Source: Clostridiales bacterium
GTDB taxonomy: Bacteria; Bacillota; Clostridia; Lachnospirales; Lachnospiraceae
DNA length: 64,000 nucleotides
Direction: 5' to 3'
Assembly (NCBI GenBank): GCA_021203365.1
Contig: JAJQBI010000049.1
Location: 63,383-127,382 of the forward strand
Below, in pieces: positions 31,553 to 41,208 of this stretch. A program made the translations under genes and the position numbers. The notes below the pieces were generated by a model. The model was not told the DNA's origin. It saw nothing but the letters and a program-made list of their open reading frames with translations, and ran no database searches. The stretch's first letter is position 1; each line of letters begins with the position of its first letter.

Positions 31553-31586
31553 AGCTCTGAATGAAAACCGGATGGTGTAATACAGG

Positions 31587-31614
31587 TATGGGGCGGTCTT
31601 AAGACCGTCCCATA
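31587..31614. terminator. Hairpin between the convergent methyltransferase and CobW genes
   Basis: TATGGGGCGGTCTTAAGACCGTCCCATA. Confidence 0.6.
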
Positions 31615-31615
31615 A

Positions 31616-32599
31616 TCATTGGACATCGGTTTTGTGTTCGCCCGTTTCCAGCTGAGTGAACTGTTTCAAAAACCATCCTGTATCGATTTTTTCTCCGATC
31701 AGTACCAGGGTTCCCGCTGATTCCTGGCCGTAATTTTCTCTTGCCTCTTCATAAAAATCGCCGAAGCTCTGGTCGATCTTCTTCAAATATCCATTTTCCA
31801 TGGGCAGAAGTCCCTTGATTCTCCACAGCTTACTGTTTTGCGGCCTTTCCAGGAGATCTCTCAGTTTTGCCCACTTTTCTTCTGAAAAGGGATGAGAAAA
31901 CACATAGGTCCATGTGCAGATGCTCCGCCGGTTGTCTGAGGGTATCCGCATGGGCCGGAAGCTGCCTGCTTCCCTTACATCCAGGCCGACAGAAGCTATG
32001 GTATTCGCTTTTCCATCATGGAATTTTACATCTGTGAAGGTGGAGGAACTGATTTCCTTTAATCCTGTGTCCACAAAACGAAGCTCAGGATTTATCTTCC
32101 GCAGAAGGGTTTTGACTTCCTTAAGTTCTGTGGCGTTCATGGTGTCGGCAAAGTTCAGATAAACCGTGTCCGCGCTCATAATCTGGCATTTGTAAAAGTC
32201 GCCCACTACAGTCAGGAGTACCTTCACCTTCCGGGCATCTGCCACCATAATAAAGCGGTTCAGAGCAACGCCGGGAACCTGGGTGCAGGTCCGGATGAGA
32301 GAGGACAGATCCGCGGCTCCTGACGGCTCAAGAAGAATGTATTCCGGTTTTTGTTCTGCGGCAATCTTTTCTACAGCCTGCCTGAAATTTCCCCGGATTG
32401 TGCAGCAGACACATCCGGATGTGAGCTCCCGTACCTCCAGACTTTCTCCGGCAAACTCTTCCATGTCCAGGTTGACCTTTCCGATTTCATTTTCGATGAT
32501 CACGATGCGGTGCCCTGTGTAGGCTGTCCGCAGCATCTGTTTTATCAGCGTGGTTTTTCCGCAGCCCAGCAGGCCGCCGTATATGTCCAGCAGAATCAT
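31616..32599 (-). CDS. CobW/COG0523 family metallochaperone GTPase
   Basis: GLLGCGKTT, IIENEIG, GCVCC, LLEPSG, C-terminal RIKG. Confidence 0.88.
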   Translation of the reverse strand: MILLDIYGGLLGCGKTTLIKQMLRTAYTGHRIVIIENEIGKVNLDMEEFAGESLEVRELTSGCVCCTIRGNFRQAVEKIAAEQKPEYILLEPSGAADLSSLIRTCTQVPGVALNRFIMVADARKVKVLLTVVGDFYKCQIMSADTVYLNFADTMNATELKEVKTLLRKINPELRFVDTGLKEISSSTFTDVKFHDGKANTIASVGLDVREAGSFRPMRIPSDNRRSICTWTYVFSHPFSEEKWAKLRDLLERPQNSKLWRIKGLLPMENGYLKKIDQSFGDFYEEARENYGQESAGTLVLIGEKIDTGWFLKQFTQLETGEHKTDVQ

Positions 32600-32630
32600 T
32601 TTTTCCCCTTTCAGGACTTTTTTGCCCTGT

Positions 32631-33791
32631 TTATGCCTGGGCCTTGCGGTAGGCTTCCCCCTTATTGACCAGCTTGCGGATTACATCGTAGATGACCGCG
32701 AATACAGGTACGCCTACGATCATTCCGATAAAGCCGAACAGACCTCCGAAGAGCAGGATGGCAAAAAGTACCCAGAAGCTGGAAAGGCCGGTTACATTGC
32801 CCAGAATTCTGGGCCCGAGGATGTTTCCGTCAAACTGCTGGAGCACCAGGACAAAGACCAGAAAGATTACGGATTTCACCGGACTGGTCATCAGGATCAG
32901 CAGAAATGAGGGAATCGCGCCAATATAGGGACCGAAGAAGGGAATGATATTCGTCACGCCTACGATCACACTGATCAGCATGGGATTGGGAATCTGCAGA
33001 ATCAGCATTCCCACAAAGCAGATGACTCCGATGATCAGGGAGTCCAGAAGCCGGCCCCGGATGAATCCGGAGAACATGCGGTCCGCGTACTGAACCTCCG
33101 CCACAATGGCATTGGCCCATCTTCTGTGAAACATACTGTATACCAGCTTCCTGGCCTGCCTTGCGAAGGTTTTCCGGCTTCCCAGAAGATAGATGGAGAT
33201 GATAATGCCGATCAGCAGATTGTACACGCCTCCGAGGATGCCGGTTACCCCGGCGGAAAAGCCGCCGATCATGGTTTTGAGATTTGGAAGGACAGTGTCA
33301 TTCAGCCAGTTGGGCAGGCTTTCCGAGACGGCTTCGGATATCTCCACAATATAATTTTTCAGGGTTTCATTGTCTCCTGCGTATACGAGGATCCAGTCCT
33401 CAAATTCCTGGATGCTGTCCGGAATCTGAACCAGGATGGAATAGATGGTCTGTACCAGTGTGGGAACCACCATAAGCAGCAGGATGCAGACGATTGCCAG
33501 AGCCAGAAGCAGGGTGAGGGCTACGCTCAGACTTTTTGCAAGGGAAGCCCCTTTTTTCCGGTTTTTCAGCAGCTGACTCAGTTTTTCCTCAAGAAGATTG
33601 CAGGCCGGGGTCAGGATGTAGGCAAGTACCCCTCCTATGATAAACGGCATCAGCACGTTCAGGATCACATGTATGGAGTTTCTCACGGTATCCACCCGGA
33701 AGAGCAGAAAAAAGAAAACGATGGTCAGTGCCGCGGCTCCAAAGAGTGCCAGCATAAGCCGCAGATATGGGTTCTTTTTGTTTTTCAGCAT
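32631..33791 (-). CDS. AI-2E family transporter
   Basis: PFIIGGVLAYILTP, NIIPFFGPYIG, QQFDGNILGPRILG. Confidence 0.9.
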   Translation of the reverse strand: MLKNKKNPYLRLMLALFGAAALTIVFFFLLFRVDTVRNSIHVILNVLMPFIIGGVLAYILTPACNLLEEKLSQLLKNRKKGASLAKSLSVALTLLLALAIVCILLLMVVPTLVQTIYSILVQIPDSIQEFEDWILVYAGDNETLKNYIVEISEAVSESLPNWLNDTVLPNLKTMIGGFSAGVTGILGGVYNLLIGIIISIYLLGSRKTFARQARKLVYSMFHRRWANAIVAEVQYADRMFSGFIRGRLLDSLIIGVICFVGMLILQIPNPMLISVIVGVTNIIPFFGPYIGAIPSFLLILMTSPVKSVIFLVFVLVLQQFDGNILGPRILGNVTGLSSFWVLFAILLFGGLFGFIGMIVGVPVFAVIYDVIRKLVNKGEAYRKAQA

Positions 33792-34007
33792 AATCTCCCT
33801 CCTGATTTTGAGTCCCGCGGGACAGCCGCCCGCGTTCTGTAGGACTTTTTGTCGCTTCAATTATTATATAAAAAGAGGGGAAAGTCTGTCAAGAGCCGGG
33901 GCAGAGTCTAAAAAATTAAGTATTTTCCGATTGTTTTAAGGGGTGACTTCGGATATACTTTTAAGCAGTCGGGAAAAAAACAGCCCGGCATACCGATTTT
34001 TCGGGTG

Positions 34008-34068
34008 TGACTTGAAAATCAATGGTTACGGGCAACTGCAACTGCCGGTTGCGCTGATTTTCAAGTCA
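34008..34068. repeat. Perfect 14-bp inverted repeat enclosing a GCAAC-N5-GTTGC palindrome upstream of the XRE gene
   Basis: TGACTTGAAAATCA (34008) / TGATTTTCAAGTCA (34055). Confidence 0.8.
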
Positions 34069-34151
34069 GGTTGGTGGAGAGCAACCAGGTATTTTACTAT
34101 AATCTCCCTGGTATCCCGGATAGATCCGGGTGAAGAAAGGAGAAACACACC

Positions 34152-35135
34152 ATGATTTTATCAGAAAAACTTTTGACTCTCCGGACAAGGGCTGGCTTAA
34201 GCCAGGAAGAACTTGCGGAGAAACTGAATGTATCAAGACAGTCGGTTTCCAAATGGGAATGCGGAGCATCGATACCGGGAATTGACAAAATACTGGAGAT
34301 TTCCAGAATTTATGGGATCAGCACAGATTATCTGCTGAAGGATGAGATGGAAGAACTGCCGGGAGAAGTTGTCGCGGATGTGTATCATCCGGAGGATGTG
34401 CGTGAGATATCAGTGGAAACAGCGACGGAATATCTGGCCGCAGTCAGGGAAGGTGCCGCACGGATCGCGCTGGGTGTTGGCCTGTGCATTGTGTCTCCGG
34501 TTCCTTTACTCATATTTACCGGCATGTCAGAGTCTGGTCTGGTATTTCCGACAGATGATATCGCGGCCGGTGTGGGTACCGGGGTGCTGCTTGCAATCGT
34601 AGCAGCGGCGGTACTTCTGTTCGTCCTGAATGGCCTGCGCCTGAATGAGTATGAATATCTGGAAAAGGAAGAATTCCGGCTTTCTTATGGAGTAGCCGGT
34701 ATTGTTGAAAAAGAAGAAAAAGAGTTTCGCCCGGTTTTTTATCAGGGGATTGCCTTTGGCGCGGCCTTGTGTGTGATTTCCTGTGTGCCAGTCGTGGTTG
34801 CCAATGCAGCTGGGGCTGCAGACAGCCTTCTTATATACTTGTCTGGTCTTTTACTGGTGCTTGTCGCCCTGGGAGTATATTTGATTGTCCGGGCAGCAAT
34901 CCGCAAGGGCGGATATGACCGTATGCTGCAGCAGGGAGACTATACGCAGGAGAAGAAAAGGGAGAATAAACGCCTGGAAGTCTTTGATGGGGCTTATTGG
35001 GGGATTATTACCGCTGTCTATCTGGGGGTCAGTTTTGTCTGCATGAACTGGTATATCTCATGGGTTATCTGGCCGGTGGCAGGCGTGATATTTGCAGTTG
35101 TCCGTTCCATTGTGTCGGCGATGAATGGCAGGTAA
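34152..35135 (+). CDS. XRE-family HTH regulator fused to a multi-pass membrane domain
   Basis: LSQEELAEKLNVSRQSVSKWE, STDYLL; several TM segments; SWVIWPVAGV. Confidence 0.88.
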   Translation: MILSEKLLTLRTRAGLSQEELAEKLNVSRQSVSKWECGASIPGIDKILEISRIYGISTDYLLKDEMEELPGEVVADVYHPEDVREISVETATEYLAAVREGAARIALGVGLCIVSPVPLLIFTGMSESGLVFPTDDIAAGVGTGVLLAIVAAAVLLFVLNGLRLNEYEYLEKEEFRLSYGVAGIVEKEEKEFRPVFYQGIAFGAALCVISCVPVVVANAAGAADSLLIYLSGLLLVLVALGVYLIVRAAIRKGGYDRMLQQGDYTQEKKRENKRLEVFDGAYWGIITAVYLGVSFVCMNWYISWVIWPVAGVIFAVVRSIVSAMNGR

Positions 35136-35568
35136 AACCGGATATCAAACACCAAAACTTGACACGCGAGCGGCCATCTTTGATGACAATAAAATTCTTC
35201 TTGTTCGCGAGAAAAACGGCACATGGTCTTTGCCTGGCGGATGGGTGGATGTTGATATTTCTGTGAAAGAAAATTTTATTAAGGAAGTCCGGGAAGAGGC
35301 TGGTCTGAATGTGGAAGTCGGTACTGTAATTGCTGTTCAGGACAGAGAAAAACACAATTTACCGATTTATGCGTATAAGATATGTAAGATATTTGCTCTT
35401 TGCTCCGTAAAAGGGGGAGGATTTTCTGCGAATTCCGAAACAACAGAAAGCAGGTATTTTGGATTAGATGAGCTGCCGCTTTTAGCTACAGAAAAGAACA
35501 ATGAGGAGCAGATCAGGATGTGCTTTGAAGCATATCATTCGGAGAACTGGAAGACCTTAATTGATTAA
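35125..35568 (+). pseudogene. NUDIX hydrolase (ADP-ribose pyrophosphatase type), probably lacking its N-terminal domain
   Basis: Begins at TGYQTPKLDTRAAIF, normally an internal motif; Nudix box PGGWV...KEVREEAG. Confidence 0.7.
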
Positions 35569-35717
35569 ATTCCAGGTTTTCGGTAATAGATTTATAACAG
35601 AACATTTTTATACAGAGCATCAGCAACCTGAATATACGCACGGGTTCTGGGACAATTCTTTGAACATGGGGATAATTCAGCGATAGCCTGTCCTGGCATA
35701 AAAACGCAGGAACACGT

Positions 35718-36548
35718 TTGCCGTTTACATCATATAAGGAAGTGTATGCAACAATTCAATATGATACGGTTTTGAAGTCATTGTTTTATAGCAAAATGAT
35801 GTTCATTGAAACCGCAGTGAAGAATATTGCGTTGGAAGGTATTCTTGCAAAGGCAAAGTCTGAAAGCATCCAGGCTATGTATGATAAAGTCGTCAGTGGA
35901 TATCGTAATGCGCCTGCGAACTTTACACAGGAGCAAAAGAAAAGGCTACAGCAGAATAAATTAAATCTACAGAATTCAATACAGTCCAATCTGGCCTATG
36001 CATACAAAAAGAATAATCCTAAAATCACGCACTTTTATAATAACGTCGACTATTCAGGAGTGCCAATTTGGGCATTATTTGAAATTATGACTATGGGGGA
36101 TTTTGGATATTTGTTATCCTGTTTAACATATGATGTGAGAGATGACATTTCCAGAAGAATAGGATTGAATCTGGCTTGTGATACAAACAGGCAGCTGATA
36201 TATAAATACATTTATACTTTGAAGGATTTAAGGAATGCAATCGCACATAATGCGGTAATATTTGACACCAGATTCCGCAATATTGATCCTTCAAAAGCAA
36301 TGAAGCAGTGCCTGGAAATCGAAATGGGTCTTCCGTATGTGAATTTCAAGACAATAGGGGATTATGTTCTCCTGATGTGCTATTATCTAAAACAGTTGAA
36401 AGTGCCAAAAACAGAGATAAAGTCGTTTGTACGCTCTTTCGAGAAAGTCACATGTGAATACAGATTGTCTGTTAATCCAGCGGTTGCGTCAATTGTTATT
36501 CATCCGGATCTGACATCGCGAATGACGACTTTAAAAAATTTTATTTGA
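35718..36548 (+). pseudogene. AbiD/AbiF (Abi_2) family HEPN RNase, probably 5'-truncated
   Basis: IETAVKN, VPIWALFEIMTMGDF, HEPN motif RNAIAH (36231-36248); TTG start, in-frame stop at 35673. Confidence 0.75.
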
Positions 36549-36551
36549 TGC

Positions 36552-36580
36552 TTGCATATTCTGCTGGATAATGGTATAGT
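36552..36580 (+). promoter_or_regulatory. SigA promoter immediately after the abi stop codon
   Basis: TTGCAT-17 bp-TATAGT with TG extension. Confidence 0.75.
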
Positions 36581-36585
36581 ATACA

Positions 36586-36650
36586 TATTAATTGGGGTGT
36601 GCGTTTGCGGACACACACTTGAGGGAGCCGGTTCTGCTGGCTCCCTTTTT
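36586..36650 (+). ncRNA. Candidate AbiF-associated small RNA (putative antitoxin)
   Basis: Own promoter, hairpin GTGTG-CG-TTTG-CG-GA-CACAC, terminator AGGGAGCC..GGCTCCCTTTTT, no ORF. Confidence 0.6.
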
Positions 36651-36841
36651 GTATGAAATGCTTGGAGTGTTGATTATTTATGTTTTGATTTCCGTCCCTT
36701 TCTTGAGTGTAAATCGAATATCATCCATGCTGTAGACTGCAACGTAATCCACCAGCGTGTATCATGCATCCTTATTGAATTATCTTCGTCAATTGTCTGC
36801 GCTGCGGTCGCCAACCCGTCCTGTATGATTCTGGGTGGTTC

Positions 36842-36913
36842 AACTATGACGATTTGATTGCGCAGAAAGGAATTTATTACCAGCTGTATATGGGTGTGTT
36901 CGAGCTGGAATAA
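36842..36913 (+). pseudogene. Orphan C-terminal tail of a multidrug-type ABC transporter
   Basis: Manual translation NYDDLIAQKGIYYQLYMGVFELE*. Confidence 0.7.
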
Positions 36914-36997
36914 ATATTTTATAAAACACTTTGACATCCTTCATAGGAAGAAGTAACATAAGGAAAACCGACCATCGGACTGAAGGAGGAGAAAACC

Positions 36998-37411
36998 ATG
37001 AAACCATATTGCAGGGAGGTTTATTACTATGAAACGGATCAGATGGGAATTGTCCATCATTCCAATTATGTGCGGTGGCTGGAGGAGACCCGGCTGGATT
37101 TTCTGAGGCAGGAAGGACTGTCCTACCATGCCATGGAAGAAACGGGAATTCTGATTCCCGTATTGGGGGTCTCTGTCTCTTATAAGATACCTTTTCGTTA
37201 TGGAGACAGCTTTGCAGTTACGGCCAGTCTTTATGAGTATAACGGGATCCGGATGAAAATTGCCTACGATATCCGAAAGGAAGGAGAAGAAGAGATTTAT
37301 GCACGGGGACAGTCGGAGCACTGTTTCTGCGGCCGGGATATGAAGCCCATCTCTCTGAAGAGAAGTTTTCCGGAGCTGTATGAAAAATTCCGGGGACTGC
37401 TGGCAAAGTGA
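36998..37411 (+). CDS. Acyl-CoA thioesterase (YbgC/4HBT family)
   Basis: YYETDQMGIVHHSNYVRWLEETR. Confidence 0.9.
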   Translation: MKPYCREVYYYETDQMGIVHHSNYVRWLEETRLDFLRQEGLSYHAMEETGILIPVLGVSVSYKIPFRYGDSFAVTASLYEYNGIRMKIAYDIRKEGEEEIYARGQSEHCFCGRDMKPISLKRSFPELYEKFRGLLAK

Positions 37412-37483
37412 TGCGGCAAATAGATTTCCATAAATCATCTGATATTTTAAAAGGTACGGATGGCGGATGAAAGGAGAAGTCTT

Positions 37484-38185
37484 ATGCCTCATTTTCCACG
37501 CCTGTTTACCCAGAATCAATTGAAAGTGATCGCCGCGTTCTGTATGCTGACCGACCATGTGGGCGCGGAACTGTTTCCTCAGCTTATTGTGCTGCGGGTC
37601 ATTGGACGGCTGGCCTTTCCGGTTTTTTCTTTCTTCATTTATGAGGGCTGTAAATATACACATGACAGGCGAAAATATCTGACCAATGTTTTGTTTGTCG
37701 GCTTTTTGTGTGTTGCGGGATATTACATTTATTCCGGAGAAATTTACTGGAATGTGATGATCACGTTCTCTCTGTCTATTTGTGTTCTGTCCTGTGTCCA
37801 GTACTGTAAAGGACAGGTTCAGAAGGGTGTAAGGGAAGGAATACAGAGTGTGCTTCTTTTCCTGCTCTGCGTGGGCGGCATCTGGATTTTCTGCAGATAT
37901 GTGCAGGTAGACTACGGATTTTACGGCGTGATTCTTCCGGCTTTTGCGGAAATATCTGACAGAGGCCCAAAGTACGGGAAAACCATGCCTTTGCTGGGAT
38001 TCGGGTTCGGACTGGTCCTGCTGTCGATCCAGATGGGAGGAATTCAGTATTTCAGTCTCCTTTCTCTTATTTTACTGGCCGCATACAATGGATCCCGGGG
38101 AAAAAGACATATGAAATACTTTTTCTACTGGTTTTATCCGGCCCATTTCCTGGTGATTGGCGCGGCGGCCCTGCTGATGGCGTAA
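37484..38185 (+). CDS. TraX-family membrane protein
   Basis: LKVIAAFCMLTDH, GRLAFP, DYG, YNGSRG, KYFFYWFYPAH. Confidence 0.85.
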   Translation: MPHFPRLFTQNQLKVIAAFCMLTDHVGAELFPQLIVLRVIGRLAFPVFSFFIYEGCKYTHDRRKYLTNVLFVGFLCVAGYYIYSGEIYWNVMITFSLSICVLSCVQYCKGQVQKGVREGIQSVLLFLLCVGGIWIFCRYVQVDYGFYGVILPAFAEISDRGPKYGKTMPLLGFGFGLVLLSIQMGGIQYFSLLSLILLAAYNGSRGKRHMKYFFYWFYPAHFLVIGAAALLMA

Positions 38186-38229
38186 TTTAAGCGGCCCCCC
38201 GGTTTTCTGTCTGACTTGCTTTAAAATGC

Positions 38230-38271
38230 GAGACCCATGTATAGTCATTTTGGCTGTACATGGGTCTTTTT
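38230..38271 (+). terminator. Terminator-like hairpin in the leader of the P-type ATPase
   Basis: AGACCCATGTATAGTC-ATTTT-GGCTGTACATGGGTCT-TTTT. Confidence 0.7.
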
Positions 38272-38324
38272 GTATCCTGAAAGTATCTGTCAACCCATTT
38301 AAGCCCTATGAAGGAGGACGACTT

Positions 38325-39983
38325 ATGATTTATTACTGTGAGGAAAAAGAACAGGTGCTGGCGGAGCTGCGATCGGGCAAAGCAGGTCTGTCTGAAAAGG
38401 AAGCCAGGGAGCGGCTTGAGAAAAACGGAAAAAACCGTCTGGAGGCGGCGAAGGGGAAATCCCTGTTCCGCCGGTTCCTGGAGCAGCTGGCAGACCCGAT
38501 GATCCTTATTCTGATTGTGGCCGCGGCCGTCAGCGGCGTGCTGGCGGTGGTGCAGCATGACAGTTTTGCGGATGTGATTATTATCATAGCGGTGGTGATT
38601 GTCAATGCTGTGCTTGGAGTATATCAGGAAAACAAGGCGGAGAAGGCCATTGAGGCGCTGCAGGAAATGTCCGCGGCAACCTCAAAGGTGCTTCGGGACG
38701 GCCGGGTGCAGACCATACACAGCGAGGATCTGGTTGTGGGGGATATCATCCTGCTGGAGGCGGGGGACGCGGTGCCGGCGGACGCCCGCCTCCTGGAAAG
38801 TGCCAGTCTGAAAGTGGAGGAATCCGCACTGACTGGCGAATCCGTTCCTGTCACGAAGTTTTTTGATATCATCCGGTTAAGAGACGGGGAAAAGGAAGTC
38901 ACACTTGGCGACCGGAAAAATATGCTCTACATGGGCAGTACGGTTGTATATGGCCGGGGGAAGGCGGTGGTAACGGCTGCCGGTATGGATACCGAGATGG
39001 GGAAGATTGCCGATGCGCTTTCACAGACCTCGGAGGAGCTGACGCCGCTGCAGATCCGGCTGAATCAGCTTTCAAAAATACTGACCTGGCTTGTGATAGA
39101 AATCTGTGTCGTTGTTTTTGCCGTCCAGCTTCTCCGGGCGGGCAGCCTGAATGTAAATCTGGTTCTGAATTCCTTTATGGTGGCGGTTTCTCTTGCGGTT
39201 GCGGCCATTCCCGAAGGGCTTGCTGCGGTTGTCACTGTGGTGCTTTCCATCGGTGTGACCAATATGTCCAGACGAAACGCCATTATCCGCCGCCTGACCG
39301 CTGTGGAGACTCTTGGCTGCGCGCAGGTGATCTGTTCGGATAAGACCGGTACTCTCACACAGAACAAAATGACAGTTGTGGATATGTATGGGGAGGATCA
39401 GAGGTTTCTGGCTTCGGCCATGGCATTGTGTTCAGACGCGGAAATCGACGGGGAGGGACAGGTGACCGGAGAACCTACAGAGGCTGCGCTGGTCGCCTGG
39501 GCGAACTCCCTGGGACTGTCAAAGCAGACGCTTAAGAAAGAATATGTGCGGTGCGGGGAAGCTCCCTTTGATTCGAATCGGAAAATGATGTCCACCGTCC
39601 ACAAAAACGGCGACGGTATAATCCAGTTTACCAAGGGTGCGGTTGACGTGGTAATTGGAAAATGTACTCATTTCATGAGGGATGGAAAGCCTGTGCCAAT
39701 GACCGAGAAGGAGAAGGAGAACATCCTTTCTCAGAATAAAAATATGGCAGACCGGGCCCTTCGGGTGCTTGCCTGCGCCTGGAGAAGCTGGGAGGAGCCG
39801 CCGGCGGACTATGAGCCGGAGACGCTGGAGCAAAACCTTTGTTTTGTGGGACTTAGCGGTATGATCGATCCGGTGCGTCCGGAGGTGAAGGCGGCCATTG
39901 AGGAATTTACGAAAGAACCTTTTAAGGGAAATCTGCGGTCATGCCACCTTAGCTTCTGCCTTTGTGATTTTGAATTACTATGA
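38325..39983 (+). pseudogene. Cation-translocating (Ca2+-type) P-type ATPase, 3'-truncated at ~39907
   Basis: TGES, AIPEGL, DKTGTLT, KGA and MIDPVR present; TGD, GDGVND and C-terminal TMs absent. Confidence 0.88.
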
Positions 39984-40426
39984 TACGAATGCGGATGAGG
40001 TAAAATTCAAAACGTTCAGTGGTGAGCTTATCGTAAGAAAAAACGGTGACATGCTGGAGATGGATTTTCCAACATATGAGTTGAAAGAGATTCCTGTTAC
40101 GGATGCAATGGAACAGGCCTTTGGTGTTCGCCCATTAAAAGCGGTACTGGGGCTTGACTTGATTTGTGTTTTTGAGGATGAAGATCAAGTGCGCAACATG
40201 GTGCCTGACCAGAAACTTCTGATGAATATTGAAGGAAGAATTCAGAATGCTACTGCAAGAGGAAGCATTACGGATTGTGTATCAAGGAGTTTTGCCCAAA
40301 GCTTTCTATTTCCGAAGATCCGGTTTGTGAATCGGCCCATTGCAGATTGCTGATTTTTGGGCTTCTGCCCTTGGAAAAGATGAAATCTATGCATATCAGG
40401 CATCTGCCAGAGGAGGATTTTTATAG
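39907..40426 (+). pseudogene. Decayed PhzF-family epimerase
   Basis: FTKEPFKGN joined directly to CGHATLASAF; LEMDFP; EDPVC.SAHC and YQASARGG in shifted frames. Confidence 0.8.
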
Positions 40427-40562
40427 GACTGGATGAGACGAATAAGACAGAAAATAATCAGGTGCAGCTTGAAGTATCTTTCGGAATGGCTCTGGTAGAT
40501 GCGTTACCCTCTGAATACAAAGACGTCGCAGATACCTGCAGGGTATTTTACGGCATCTCTTG

Positions 40563-41123
40563 TTATGTTTTTGAAGTCATTTGCGGCCAGTACCAGTCAA
40601 TAAATAATTTTTGGATAATGTCCAACAGATCTTCATCTGTCAGAGCATTCGGGTTTTGTATATGGTTTGCTATTGCAGAAAAAACGCTGGAAAAAAACAT
40701 ATCTGTTACAGCCTTTTTTCTGGGCGTGTCCGCAATCTGTATATTTATGTTGTCAATTGTTTTTTCTCTCATTCGTCTGATGAAATGAGAAAGATTTTGC
40801 TCTGACATTAGAACAGATATACGATTCAGATCTTCATTGAAACACTTAATGAAGATTTCAAAAAAAGGCCTGTCATAGACGCTGCTTTTTCCCTCATGTT
40901 CCGCTAAGGCCGCTCTTGTCTTCTGAAAAAAGCTATCCTCTGCATATTCTATCAGGGCAAAGATATCTTTAAAGTATCGATAAAAAGTTGCCCGGCTGTA
41001 TCCGGCTGCATATATAATTTCGCAGACAGTGATTTGGGTTATATTTTTTTCTCTGGCAAGCTGAAAAAAAGTATTGACGATAGTTTCCCTAGTGTTATCT
41101 GTGATTTCGGGCTGTTTATTCAT
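40563..41123 (-). CDS. TetR/AcrR-family transcriptional regulator
   Basis: ITVCEII..AGYSRATFYRYFKDIFAL. Confidence 0.88.
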   Translation of the reverse strand: MNKQPEITDNTRETIVNTFFQLAREKNITQITVCEIIYAAGYSRATFYRYFKDIFALIEYAEDSFFQKTRAALAEHEGKSSVYDRPFFEIFIKCFNEDLNRISVLMSEQNLSHFIRRMREKTIDNINIQIADTPRKKAVTDMFFSSVFSAIANHIQNPNALTDEDLLDIIQKLFIDWYWPQMTSKT

Positions 41124-41208
41124 ACTGGTCTCCTGCAGTATACAAAGCTGATCCCATTTGTTATGAGTAATCTACGTTATTATACAGCACTTGTCTAAAA
41201 AAAACAAG

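Noticed and set aside
36674-36937. 87-aa minus-strand ORF
   Set aside because: Spans a fragment junction and overlaps the ABC-transporter tail on the opposite strand; no motif.
37484-38185. traX as evidence of a conjugative element
   Set aside because: No relaxase, T4SS or integrase nearby; stand-alone TraX-family genes are common.
40462-40788. 108-aa plus-strand ORF
   Set aside because: Mostly antisense to tetR; the 5' part may be an unidentifiable fragment.
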